Shown here in pieces: positions 36,742 through 46,050 of a stretch of 64,000 nt of DNA. The DNA lies in contig CAXXOA010000001.1 in assembly GCA_963666275.2 (NCBI GenBank), positions 1,888,001-1,952,000 of the forward strand. The letters run 5' to 3'. Position 1 is the first letter of the stretch; the number at the start of each line of letters is the position of its first letter. A program made the position numbers and the translations under genes. Origin of the DNA: Oceanispirochaeta sp. (GTDB taxonomy: Bacteria > Spirochaetota > Spirochaetia > DSM-2461). The notes under the pieces are model-generated. The model was given only the letters and a program-made list of their open reading frames with translations. It searched no databases and was not told where the DNA came from.

Positions 36742-38024
36742 TGGCTGGAAAAATTCAGGAAATTAAACAGGATGAGTGGTCGGAAGCTGTATTAAAACAG
36801 GAAAAGGTGGTTGTAGATTTCTATTCTACAGAGTGTCCCCCCTGTGAAGCCCTGGCTTCGAAATATACAGCGCTCAGTGAACTTTACGGAGATGATATCA
36901 AATTTGTAAAAATATTCAGACAGGGAAACAGAGAACTCTCGGAAGAGCTGGGCGTATCAGGATCTCCTACGGTTCTTTTCTATGAAAATGGGAAAGAGAT
37001 CGGGACCCGACTGGCCGGAGGAGTGAAAAGGTCTGATATGATGAATCAGCTGGACACTATGGCTGGAGAAACCAGAGCATCAGAAATTCATAATTCCATT
37101 GAGAAAATACAGACAGAATATGATGTAGCCATCCTGGGAGGAGGGCCCGCCGGACTGACGGCGGGGATCTACCTGGGCCAGGCTCATATCAAAACAGTGC
37201 TGATTGATACTGCTCTTTCCGGAGGCTATGTTTCAACAACCCATCAGGTATCAAACTATCCCGGTTTTATAGAACCTCAGCAGGGTTTTATGCTGGCGCA
37301 TTATATGAGCGAACAGGCCAAGGGAGCGGGTATTGATTTCAGACAGGCCGTCGAAGTCACATCGATAGATCTGGATAATAAAAAAATCCTTATTGATAAC
37401 GTTGAAACAATTCATGCCAAACAGATAATAATAGCAACCGGTTCTTCACCCCGGCCTTTGGGTATTCCCGGTGAGATGGAGTACAGAGGGAATGGAATAT
37501 CCTATTGTGCCACCTGTGATGCCAAGTATTTCGAAGACAGAGAAGTGATTGTTATCGGCGGTGGAAACAGCGCAATTGAAGAATCACTGTTTATTGCACG
37601 ATTTGCCAGAAAAATCACAATTGTCCATCAGTTTGCAGAACTGCAGGCCAATAAACAGGCCCAGGAAGAAGTTTTCAATAACGATAAAATTGAAATTCTT
37701 TTTGAGCATGAACCCAGAGAATTCATCAAAAACGGAAATATGGATATGAGTGTACTGGTAGAGGATCTTAAAACAGGTAAAACCAAAACTCTCAATGCCA
37801 ACGGGATTTTCGTCTTTGTTGGTTTTCAGTCCAATCTGAGCGGATTCCCCGAAACTCTGGCGAAAGATCAGTGGGGTTATTTGACTACAGATGAAAAAAT
37901 GGAAACAAATATACCCGGCGTTTATGCAGCAGGGGATATTAAATCAAAAGCCTACAGACAGATTACCACCGCAGTCTCAGATGGTACCATAGCTGCTATT
38001 ACGATTTCAAAAGAACTGTCCTGA
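36738..38024 (+). CDS. Thioredoxin / thioredoxin-disulfide reductase fusion protein
   Basis: N-terminal Trx domain (VVDFYSTECPPC, SPT.LFY). Then GGGPAGLTA, NYPG, GISYCATCD, GGGNSA, GVYAAGD and QITTAVSDG. ATGA overlap with the radical SAM gene. Confidence 0.9.
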   Translation: MMAGKIQEIKQDEWSEAVLKQEKVVVDFYSTECPPCEALASKYTALSELYGDDIKFVKIFRQGNRELSEELGVSGSPTVLFYENGKEIGTRLAGGVKRSDMMNQLDTMAGETRASEIHNSIEKIQTEYDVAILGGGPAGLTAGIYLGQAHIKTVLIDTALSGGYVSTTHQVSNYPGFIEPQQGFMLAHYMSEQAKGAGIDFRQAVEVTSIDLDNKKILIDNVETIHAKQIIIATGSSPRPLGIPGEMEYRGNGISYCATCDAKYFEDREVIVIGGGNSAIEESLFIARFARKITIVHQFAELQANKQAQEEVFNNDKIEILFEHEPREFIKNGNMDMSVLVEDLKTGKTKTLNANGIFVFVGFQSNLSGFPETLAKDQWGYLTTDEKMETNIPGVYAAGDIKSKAYRQITTAVSDGTIAAITISKELS

Positions 38025-38047
38025 TCTATTTCCCCTCTTTTTTAATA

Positions 38048-39499
38048 TTAGAGAAGAGGGGAGAATATCCTGCAGAAAGAGTTCCTGAAACGGGCGGGAA
38101 GAGAAATTCCTTTCAAATGTTCAATTGTTATTTCCCGGCAGGATTCCCTGTCTCTGTAGAATTGTTCTTTCAGTTGCAGTGTCAATTGCTCATCATAGAA
38201 TACAGCATTAACCTCATAATTCAGGCGGAAGCTTCGGACATCCATATTGCAGGATCCCACAGTGGAAACCTGGTCATCCATTACAAGCATTTTACTGTGC
38301 AGGAACCCTTCTTCATAATGAAAGATTTTAACGCCTGATTCCAGGAGAGGCTGAAAATAGGTAAATGCTGACCACCAGGGTATCCTTTTATCGGGAATCC
38401 CCGCCATCATAAACTGTACATTGACACCACTGAGTGCTGCAGATTCCATGGCTTTCAGGATAGCCTGATCCGGAATGAAATAGGGACTCTGTATCAGAAT
38501 TTCATGACTGGCATTATTGATCATATTAAAATAGAGCAATTCCAGGGAATCCCATTTGGAATCCGGGCCGCTCACAGCAATCTGAACAGGTTTATTCATC
38601 TGTCTGCGTTCCTGAAATTTGAAAATCCCCGAATCCGGAAGTGTTTCTTTCTGACAGTTATACCAGTCTGCCATGAAAATAGTCTGCAGTAAACCGACCG
38701 AACTCCCTGTCATTCTTATATGCGTATCCCGCCAACGGGAAAACTTTTTTCCCCCTGTGATATATTCCTCACCAATGTTCATACCGCCCGTATAAGCGAT
38801 CTTTCCGTCAATAACAACTATTTTCTTATGGTTACTGTAATTGATCTTCAGACGGGCAATAAAACGGTTTAAATCAAGAAAATAGCTGAATTGTATACCC
38901 GATTCCCGTAATTCTCTCCTGTATTTGAATGAGATCCGTCCGAAGGATCCCAGACCGTCAAAAATCAGACGGACAGCAACTCCCTGTCGGACTTTATTTA
39001 TAAGAATCTCTTTTATCTTTTCTCCCAGAGAATCAGAGCGCCAGATGAAATATTCCATATGGATAGATTCTTCAGCATTTTCAAGATCCCTCAGTAAATC
39101 CGGAAAATGATCACTTCCGGAAAAATAGAGATTTACAGAATTATCTATGGTCAAAGGGACCATGCTGCTGTTCAGAAGAAGGTTCATGTTTTTCACAACA
39201 TCATTCATGGCGTCATCAGAAATTTCTGAGGAATTAATTGTTTCTTTCTGATATTCTATGATCGCTCTGTAATGGTCCTGAAAATATTCCTCCGGGATCC
39301 GGGGCACCAGTTTGTACTTCCTCCAGTCCAGACCGATGAGAATGTAGAGAGCTATTCCAATGATGGGAAAGATCAGTATGACCAGTATCCAGGCTATGGA
39401 GGCGTCGCTCTCTTTATTTGCCAGAATTATAGCGACGATGGACAGGAATGTTATAAAAACATTCAGTATGTAGAGGATTTGAAGGACTGTTGCTATCAT
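38048..39499 (-). CDS. cls: Cardiolipin synthase
   Basis: Two N-terminal TMs and two PLD motifs (NHKKIVVIDG, LHSKMLVMDD); SGPDS and SF.LNYE. Confidence 0.93.
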   Translation of the reverse strand: MIATVLQILYILNVFITFLSIVAIILANKESDASIAWILVILIFPIIGIALYILIGLDWRKYKLVPRIPEEYFQDHYRAIIEYQKETINSSEISDDAMNDVVKNMNLLLNSSMVPLTIDNSVNLYFSGSDHFPDLLRDLENAEESIHMEYFIWRSDSLGEKIKEILINKVRQGVAVRLIFDGLGSFGRISFKYRRELRESGIQFSYFLDLNRFIARLKINYSNHKKIVVIDGKIAYTGGMNIGEEYITGGKKFSRWRDTHIRMTGSSVGLLQTIFMADWYNCQKETLPDSGIFKFQERRQMNKPVQIAVSGPDSKWDSLELLYFNMINNASHEILIQSPYFIPDQAILKAMESAALSGVNVQFMMAGIPDKRIPWWSAFTYFQPLLESGVKIFHYEEGFLHSKMLVMDDQVSTVGSCNMDVRSFRLNYEVNAVFYDEQLTLQLKEQFYRDRESCREITIEHLKGISLPARFRNSFCRIFSPLL

Positions 39500-39614
39500 G
39501 ATTAGAAGAATATACCAAGGTATAATTATTGTATATCTTAACTAGTGGAATATCCTGTTTGATTTCCTGTTGAACTTCCCTTTATTGCGTTTTTCTGATA
39601 GTTTTTCTTCCCAT

Positions 39615-40544
39615 ATGGAAACATTTATTTTAGGTACCGGAGGCATGATGCCTTTACCGGGCCGTTTTTTAACATCTGTCCTTTTGCGGAGAGAAGGAGA
39701 TCTTTTCCTTTTTGACTGCGGTGAAGGGACACAGATTTCACTGAAGAAACTCAATTTAAAATGGAAAAAAATCACTACGATCTTTATATCACATACCCAT
39801 GCCGACCATATTACCGGACTTCCCGGAATTTTGATGCTCTCAGCGCAGGTCGAGAGGACTGAGCCTTTAACTATTATCGGCCCGCCCAAAATCCGGGAAT
39901 ATATTGAAACCAGCAGACAGGTTCTGGATATGTATATCAATTATGAGATCATAGTCAAAGAGATCGAAGATCCTTCAATTTCATCCACTGTTTATGAAAC
40001 AGAAGATTTTACGGTGAGAACGATTCCTCTGAATCATTCAAAAGTCTGTGTTGGTTATGTTCTGGAGGAAAAACCCCGACCGGGAGTCTTTTTTCCTCAG
40101 AAGGCGAAGGAGCTGGGAATCCCTGTAGGGCCTCTGTGGTCCAGTCTCCAGAAGGGGGAAACCATAGAAGTGGAAGGAAGGACGATTCTACCTGAAGAAG
40201 TCATGGGCGGCCTCAGAAAAGGGCGGAAATTCAGTTTTGTCACAGATACAGCCTTTGTTCCTGAAATTGCAAGCTATGTAAAGGATTCTGATCTTTTTAT
40301 CTGTGAAGGAATGTTCGAACGGGCTCTTATCAGTTCAGCCAGAGAAAAGAAACATCTCACATCCACTCAGGCGGCAAAAATTGCCTCTTCTGCAGGAAAC
40401 ATAAAAAAAATGGGACTGATACACTATAGTCCACGCTACACGGAAAGGGATCTAAAAAACCTTCTTGAAGAAGCTCAGGAATTTTTTACGGATACATTTC
40501 TCTGCCGTGACCGCATGACCCTTGAAATCCCCTATGAAGATTAA
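39615..40544 (+). CDS. rnz: Ribonuclease Z
   Basis: LGTGG..P, FDCGEGTQ, ISHTHADHITG, TDT and HYSPRY motifs with the exosite arm. Start probably ATG 39615. Confidence 0.93.
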   Translation: METFILGTGGMMPLPGRFLTSVLLRREGDLFLFDCGEGTQISLKKLNLKWKKITTIFISHTHADHITGLPGILMLSAQVERTEPLTIIGPPKIREYIETSRQVLDMYINYEIIVKEIEDPSISSTVYETEDFTVRTIPLNHSKVCVGYVLEEKPRPGVFFPQKAKELGIPVGPLWSSLQKGETIEVEGRTILPEEVMGGLRKGRKFSFVTDTAFVPEIASYVKDSDLFICEGMFERALISSAREKKHLTSTQAAKIASSAGNIKKMGLIHYSPRYTERDLKNLLEEAQEFFTDTFLCRDRMTLEIPYED

Positions 40545-40546
40545 AT

Positions 40547-40574
40547 AAAAAAGCCGCTTTAAAGCGGCTTTTTT
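40547..40574. terminator. Bidirectional intrinsic terminator
   Basis: Perfect 28-bp palindrome AAAAAAGCCGCTTTAAAGCGGCTTTTTT between convergent genes. Confidence 0.85.
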
Positions 40575-42121
40575 TAGTTTCCTTTTCCCAGGAATTCCCG
40601 GAATCTCTCAGGATCAGATCTGAATCCTACTATGGGATTTTCAAAGTCTGTTTTATTGAGTGAAGTGGAAGCTTCCCTGATCAATCTTTTTCCACTGATT
40701 AACCGTCCGTTACGGGAGGAGAGTCCGGCTGAGATTGTTGCTCCCTCAAGAGTGTCTTCCAGTCCCTTCAGAAAACTCTGAATATCCTTGATAGAGGCAT
40801 CCAGATCTTTATTGGGGTCAATGATGGCCATGGCATTATCTCCGGCTTCAAAAGCCAGATCATTGTAACTGTATTTCTCTTTTACCTGAGATGTAAAATG
40901 GTCAAACTCATTTTCACCTGATCCTGTATATCGGAGAATGACAAGAACAAGATCCTGATCGAAAGATGCGGCCCTTTCAAGTTCCAGGCTCAAACGTTCT
41001 TCCAGGAAATGTTCCCATCCCAGACCGCTGTCCGGATTATACAGAGAAGGCTGGGCATCCGTTTCTTTTCCCTGTTCAACATCAAGATCACTGCCGGTTT
41101 CAACCTCTTCAAAATCCATATCACCGAAAGAATCAAAATTCTCTTCTTCCGGGAGGGAGAAATCATCCAGTGAATCAGACTGATCGTCTTCGGAAGTTTC
41201 AAAAGACGTTTCCTGATGATCCATTTCCAAAAGATCTTCCTCTTCAGGAATGTCAGGGATACTGTCCTCCATATTGAAGTCATCCATATCAAGTGATTCT
41301 TCATCGGGCATACTGAAATCACTATCCAAATCTATATCGTCACCGAATGAGTCGTCCATTCCGAAAGAGTCATCATTTTCCAGGCTCCCGCCATCCATCG
41401 GTTCAGAGAGGTCAAGATCTGATTCTATCGGTGAATCTTCAAAGGGATCATGAGAATCGGCGAAGTTTGTATCATCTCCGGAATCATCCGGATTTTCAGA
41501 ATTCCAGGATTCGTCTTCTTCCATCTGGTTTTTATCAGAAGAGAGACTATAGATGACAATCAGAAGGAGTGTAATAAAGAAAAGGGCAATGACAACGATC
41601 AGTGAGATTTTCAGAACATAAAAAATTGATCCCCGCGGAAGAACGGTATAGATACAATCAATATTTACACCGGATTTCCCTGTAATCTGAAGAGGAATGC
41701 TGCCAACACTGTGGACAAAACTGATTCCCTTGTATTCAGGGGAAGGATCATCAACAGCATCATTTTCCGAAGTATTCACTTTCACCTGATTGTTGCGGCT
41801 GTAAAAGTATTCAATTCCTGTATCGTAGGAGTAGATAGTAATAGCCATCAGTTCTGATTTGTCATTAAATACAGACTTGATTTTATCACTGAAATCATTG
41901 TTATAAAGAGAATCATTCTGATTCATAAAATCTGAAACTTCCGAAGCAAGTTCTGGAATTTGTTTTGCAATTATTTCAGAATTTAATTTACGCTGATTAA
42001 AAAGGTAGTAGCCGGACCATCCTGCTGTTGCTATAAGTATTATTATTACAAGAATTGTATGTACTGTTGTTAGTGCCTTTTTCATAGTAATCATTATACG
42101 CAGAAATAAAGTTTTGTGCAT
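40574..42121 (-). CDS. Membrane protein with two TMs, an acidic linker and a degenerate GGDEF-like C-terminal domain
   Basis: TM-periplasmic-TM layout, D/E-rich linker, then SGLGWEHFLEERLSLELERAASFDQDL...ISAGLS. No GG(D/E)EF motif. Start uncertain. Confidence 0.7.
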   Translation of the reverse strand: MHKTLFLRIMITMKKALTTVHTILVIIILIATAGWSGYYLFNQRKLNSEIIAKQIPELASEVSDFMNQNDSLYNNDFSDKIKSVFNDKSELMAITIYSYDTGIEYFYSRNNQVKVNTSENDAVDDPSPEYKGISFVHSVGSIPLQITGKSGVNIDCIYTVLPRGSIFYVLKISLIVVIALFFITLLLIVIYSLSSDKNQMEEDESWNSENPDDSGDDTNFADSHDPFEDSPIESDLDLSEPMDGGSLENDDSFGMDDSFGDDIDLDSDFSMPDEESLDMDDFNMEDSIPDIPEEEDLLEMDHQETSFETSEDDQSDSLDDFSLPEEENFDSFGDMDFEEVETGSDLDVEQGKETDAQPSLYNPDSGLGWEHFLEERLSLELERAASFDQDLVLVILRYTGSGENEFDHFTSQVKEKYSYNDLAFEAGDNAMAIIDPNKDLDASIKDIQSFLKGLEDTLEGATISAGLSSRNGRLISGKRLIREASTSLNKTDFENPIVGFRSDPERFREFLGKGN

Positions 42122-42141
42122 TATTTTTTGGAGGTTTTTTT

Positions 42142-42960
42142 ATGAGCCGGAGAAAAATGACACTGCCTGAGGGATGGTATCCTCATGAAAAAGACGCAGT
42201 GGAAAAAATTATTGAATCATGGAGTATAATTCATCCGGAAAACAGGGGAAAACATGTGGCGGGGATTGTACCCCATGCGGGCTGGTATTATTCTGGTAAA
42301 GCCGCCTGGAACCTGGTCAACAGAATTCCTGAAAACACTGAAACTGTCATAATTTCGGGAGGACATCTGTCTGAAAGCAGTACTCCAAAATGCTGGAAAT
42401 TCAAAGAGTTCGAGATCCCCGGAGGACATCTGGAGAAGGATGAAGAACTCTTCATGGAAATATGTCAGGAAATGGAAGCAGATTACACTGCCGATAATAC
42501 AATAGAGGTTCTACTGCCACTGATTGCGTATAAATTACAGGATGTAAAAGTACTCGCAATGAGACTACCTCCTCATGAATCATCCTATGAATGGGGCTGG
42601 AAAGCGGGAGAAGCCTCCGGGAAATTTGGAAAAAAAACATTTTTTATCGGCTCTACCGATCTGACTCACTACGGTGATGCCTATGGCAACACCTTGTACA
42701 GCAGGGAAAAGGATCCTTTATCAGAATCCCATAAAAAAGAGCAGCATCTATTCACTCTACTCAATGAAGGAAGGATTCAGGAAGCCCTGGAATTCGATGA
42801 ACGATGGAAAACCTCCTGTTCACTGGGAGCCGCCCTGGGAGCTGTCGGTTTTGCCGATTTTTATAAAAAACTTCCCGGAGAAGTACTATCTATTACAAGC
42901 AGTGCTGATATTACAGGTGACAGGGATAGTTTTGTAAACTACGGAACTTTACTTTTCTAA
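42142..42960 (+). CDS. MEMO1 family protein (AmmeMemoRadiSam protein B-like)
   Basis: GWYP, IVPHAGWYYSG, DNTIEV.LP, STDLTHYG and SFVNYG motifs. Confidence 0.85.
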   Translation: MSRRKMTLPEGWYPHEKDAVEKIIESWSIIHPENRGKHVAGIVPHAGWYYSGKAAWNLVNRIPENTETVIISGGHLSESSTPKCWKFKEFEIPGGHLEKDEELFMEICQEMEADYTADNTIEVLLPLIAYKLQDVKVLAMRLPPHESSYEWGWKAGEASGKFGKKTFFIGSTDLTHYGDAYGNTLYSREKDPLSESHKKEQHLFTLLNEGRIQEALEFDERWKTSCSLGAALGAVGFADFYKKLPGEVLSITSSADITGDRDSFVNYGTLLF

Positions 42961-44604
42961 CAATAGAACTTGATCAATACTGTCGATACACCATTTCATT
43001 GCCCTCTTTACAGCGTCTTCACCGGAATCTGATTTTTTTCTGAATTGCGCTGCCACAGGGAGCAGGGTAATCCAGGCCTGCCGCTGCTGCGGATTGAGGG
43101 AATTCAGATAGGAGACAACGGATCCGTTCAAACGAGGCAACTCCTGAATTCTATTTCTGTAGGATATCAGAAAATCTCTGTAGGAAGAAACTGGTACACC
43201 CGCACTGACAAGTCGGTTTATACGGCTCTTTCCCTGGTTTTTGCCAATTGTTTTCAGAGTTACACCGTCTCCCTGAAGAGCTATAACTTGACTGTTACTA
43301 TTGGCAGCTTTTTTTTCAATGCTGTTTTTATAATAGATCATCGGTTTTGAAATATACCTGAAACCATTGACGGTTTTCTCCCGGATAATACTCTTATTAT
43401 GGAGAACAAAAGAGACAATCTGAGATTCAATGTCCTTGAACCTGTTTGTTCTAGTATAGAAATAGGGATAAATATAGGTATTTCTTGCGTATGGCTTCCC
43501 GAAAGGATAGGAGAAGTCCGCTCCCAGGAGATAGATTTTTCGTGCACCCAGAGTTTCGGCAAGACTTAATGCCGCATGTGTGACATTGCCTCCGGAAGTA
43601 TCTATTTCGGGGAATTGCCTGAACTCCTGACTGACATACTTTGAAAAAGGGTGATCACTTGTAAAAAAGAATATCTTTTCTGCAATTCTTGTCAGAAAGG
43701 ACGGTGACGCGAGGTCAAGAACCAGGGGAACATCTTCAGGATATCCCTGCATAAAATGATTGTAGCTTATATGCTGACAATCTATGGAAATGACAAGATC
43801 CGGTCTGATTCCGTTAGCAAGAAGAACCGGCAGGGAAGTATCTGTTGCAATGATAGTATCTTTTCCCTGAACTTCCCTTAATACAGGCAGCTGATCCTCC
43901 AGAGAAGGGCCTGCTGCTGTTATATAGGCTGTGGAAACAGGAGAAAGAGTCTGGGTCGTTTTTTCCGACATCCCCAGGTTATATAGAGTATTGTTAAACC
44001 ATCTTTTGCCGAAATGAGCCTGAACTGTATAATCGTCTGTAATCTGATTGATAGCTTCTTTAATGATATCCGACAGAGTATTGAAAAACTCCTGATCGAG
44101 AAAAACCCTGGGCTTGAGAGAGACTGTCTGAAGATTACCCGAGAGGACAGGAATATAACGTGTCAGGAGAAAATCTGTGAATTTTTCTGGTTCTTCAGAG
44201 ACCCATAAGGTCACCCTTTGATCCAGGAATATATCAGTTAAATCGATATTGCCCAAAATGGATTTAACCTCGTCAGATCTGTTCTCCACGATAATCAGAG
44301 AGGTTATGGAACTGTTGGCAAGTAAAGATCTGATATGAAAACCTCCCCCCAGTCCGAACACAATGACCATCCCTTCATAAGTGTTTTCAAGAAAAAGTCT
44401 GTTTCCTTCTTTTACAGGATCGAATGTGGAATGAACCGGTTTGGCTGAGGTTTGATCTCTTTTATAGAAAGGAATTATATGTCCATTGCGGGAGAGTTCG
44501 AAAAAGACAGTGTCAGAACAATCAGAATTACCAATAAGATGGGAAGCTTCGGATGACCTCTGTATTAAAGCCAGAAGATTCCTTTCGAGTATTTCTGTTA
44601 TCAT
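42949..44604 (-). CDS. Maf / DUF115 (MptE-like) family protein, putative flagellin glycosyltransferase
   Basis: HSTFDPVKEG, FGLGGG.H, FGKRW..N, AAGPSL, D....L...GI.PD, GGNV and LLGADFSY motifs. Confidence 0.8.
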   Translation of the reverse strand: MITEILERNLLALIQRSSEASHLIGNSDCSDTVFFELSRNGHIIPFYKRDQTSAKPVHSTFDPVKEGNRLFLENTYEGMVIVFGLGGGFHIRSLLANSSITSLIIVENRSDEVKSILGNIDLTDIFLDQRVTLWVSEEPEKFTDFLLTRYIPVLSGNLQTVSLKPRVFLDQEFFNTLSDIIKEAINQITDDYTVQAHFGKRWFNNTLYNLGMSEKTTQTLSPVSTAYITAAGPSLEDQLPVLREVQGKDTIIATDTSLPVLLANGIRPDLVISIDCQHISYNHFMQGYPEDVPLVLDLASPSFLTRIAEKIFFFTSDHPFSKYVSQEFRQFPEIDTSGGNVTHAALSLAETLGARKIYLLGADFSYPFGKPYARNTYIYPYFYTRTNRFKDIESQIVSFVLHNKSIIREKTVNGFRYISKPMIYYKNSIEKKAANSNSQVIALQGDGVTLKTIGKNQGKSRINRLVSAGVPVSSYRDFLISYRNRIQELPRLNGSVVSYLNSLNPQQRQAWITLLPVAAQFRKKSDSGEDAVKRAMKWCIDSIDQVLLLEK

Positions 44605-46049
44605 AAAAGCTCCAGAGTTTTCACTAATTGATTCAAATCAGACTGCCATTGTAAATCTTCAGGGTTGTTAAATAAAGATTTTGTCAGGGAATTATAGTTG
44701 TCCGGATGGGAGATCCAATGATTCAGTAATTTCAGGCATCTTTCTTTCCTCGCTTCCCTGGTGCCTTCCGATGGAATTAACTTAAATTCCTCAGTTATCT
44801 GTTTAACATTTGCAAAGCCTTCAAGAGAGGAAATCTCTTTCATGGGAAGAGAAACAGGAGAAGGTGAGACACGAACGATCCTGCTGTTATAGGTGTTTTT
44901 ACCAAACCAGTTACGATATGTAATCATGCTGTTTGAGTAATAGTAGCCATCCTTCCGTGAAGCCGCAAGGGCTTTGATGCGTTCGTATCTGTACTGTGTC
45001 CCTGTCTTGAAACGGCAGGAATCCTTAACAGAATAAATTTCAAATGGATGAGGAGAAACATGTTCCTGAAGATCTTTCATACACAGATCAAGTCCCAGAA
45101 TATAGATTTCCGATGAGGAAAGCTGCTGTAGAATGCCAAGCGCAGTAGCCGCCACAGTTCCCATTTCTGGGACAGTAAAGGAAAATTCGCCCTGCTGCCA
45201 TAATAATTTATCGAGTTCACTTAACTGATTGATCCCGATAAGAGGATTGGAAAGAACCTTGGGATAGGCGGAAAGTGGCGCCGCTACCGGGACCTTTTCC
45301 GGAAACCTTCTGTAATGCTCGGAAGCATAATATCCAGGATCTGTTGAAATAATAAGATCCGGGATAATTCCATTTGCAACCAGAGCCTCAACAGAAGAAG
45401 GAAGCGCGGCAATAAATAAATTATTACGGAATTTAGTCAGCTCCTCCATATGCCAGTTCAAAGAAAAACCGGAAGCCGCCAAAATGACATTTCTATTGAT
45501 TGTTCCAATGAAAAGATTATAATTCTGCTGAATATAATTCAGGAGACTGTTTTTCAGCCATTTCTTTCCGAACTTTACAGTGGTAATCTCATTGGCCTGG
45601 AGGATTTTCATATATTGGAGGAGACTTGTTTGAATTTCTTTGTATAATTCTGGAAAGATTCTGATCCCAGGAGACCATTCCAGAATTCTTATATTCTGAA
45701 TTTTATAGCCTCCAAGATTTTTTTCAAGAAACTGAACAGCTGTATCAGGACGTCCGGGAAACCAGCACTTCAGGTTTTCAAGCAGTCCTTTTCTATAACA
45801 GTATGTATAGGTTTCATTAGATAAAAAAAAGACAATAATTTCAGATATTTCCTGGTTTTCCAACAGGGACAGAAGATATCCCAGACCAGGTTCAATTACA
45901 ATAAGAGAAGAAGTGGGATTTAATGGGTTTTTCTCTATCCAGAGCTTAAAAAACTTTTCAGCCTCTTTAAGAGGAGAAAATTTCGAATGAATCAGCTGTC
46001 CGTTTATGCAGGCAGAGTTTAAACCATCTCTGGTTTCAAGCAACTCCAT
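44601..46049 (-). CDS. Maf / DUF115 (MptE-like) family protein, second paralogue
   Basis: IHSKFSPLKEA, PGLGY, FGKKW.KN, ASGFSL, GIIPDLIISTDPG, GTVAATA and LGLDL motifs. Confidence 0.75.
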   Translation of the reverse strand: MELLETRDGLNSACINGQLIHSKFSPLKEAEKFFKLWIEKNPLNPTSSLIVIEPGLGYLLSLLENQEISEIIVFFLSNETYTYCYRKGLLENLKCWFPGRPDTAVQFLEKNLGGYKIQNIRILEWSPGIRIFPELYKEIQTSLLQYMKILQANEITTVKFGKKWLKNSLLNYIQQNYNLFIGTINRNVILAASGFSLNWHMEELTKFRNNLFIAALPSSVEALVANGIIPDLIISTDPGYYASEHYRRFPEKVPVAAPLSAYPKVLSNPLIGINQLSELDKLLWQQGEFSFTVPEMGTVAATALGILQQLSSSEIYILGLDLCMKDLQEHVSPHPFEIYSVKDSCRFKTGTQYRYERIKALAASRKDGYYYSNSMITYRNWFGKNTYNSRIVRVSPSPVSLPMKEISSLEGFANVKQITEEFKLIPSEGTREARKERCLKLLNHWISHPDNYNSLTKSLFNNPEDLQWQSDLNQLVKTLELL

Positions 46050-46050
46050 T

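Noticed and set aside
42142..42960. Link between the MEMO1-family gene and the radical SAM gene at 35428 as an AmmeMemoRadiSam system
   Set aside because: The radical SAM protein is a SPASM peptide-maturase type in a separate operon 5 kb away, and no AMMECR1 gene is in the window.
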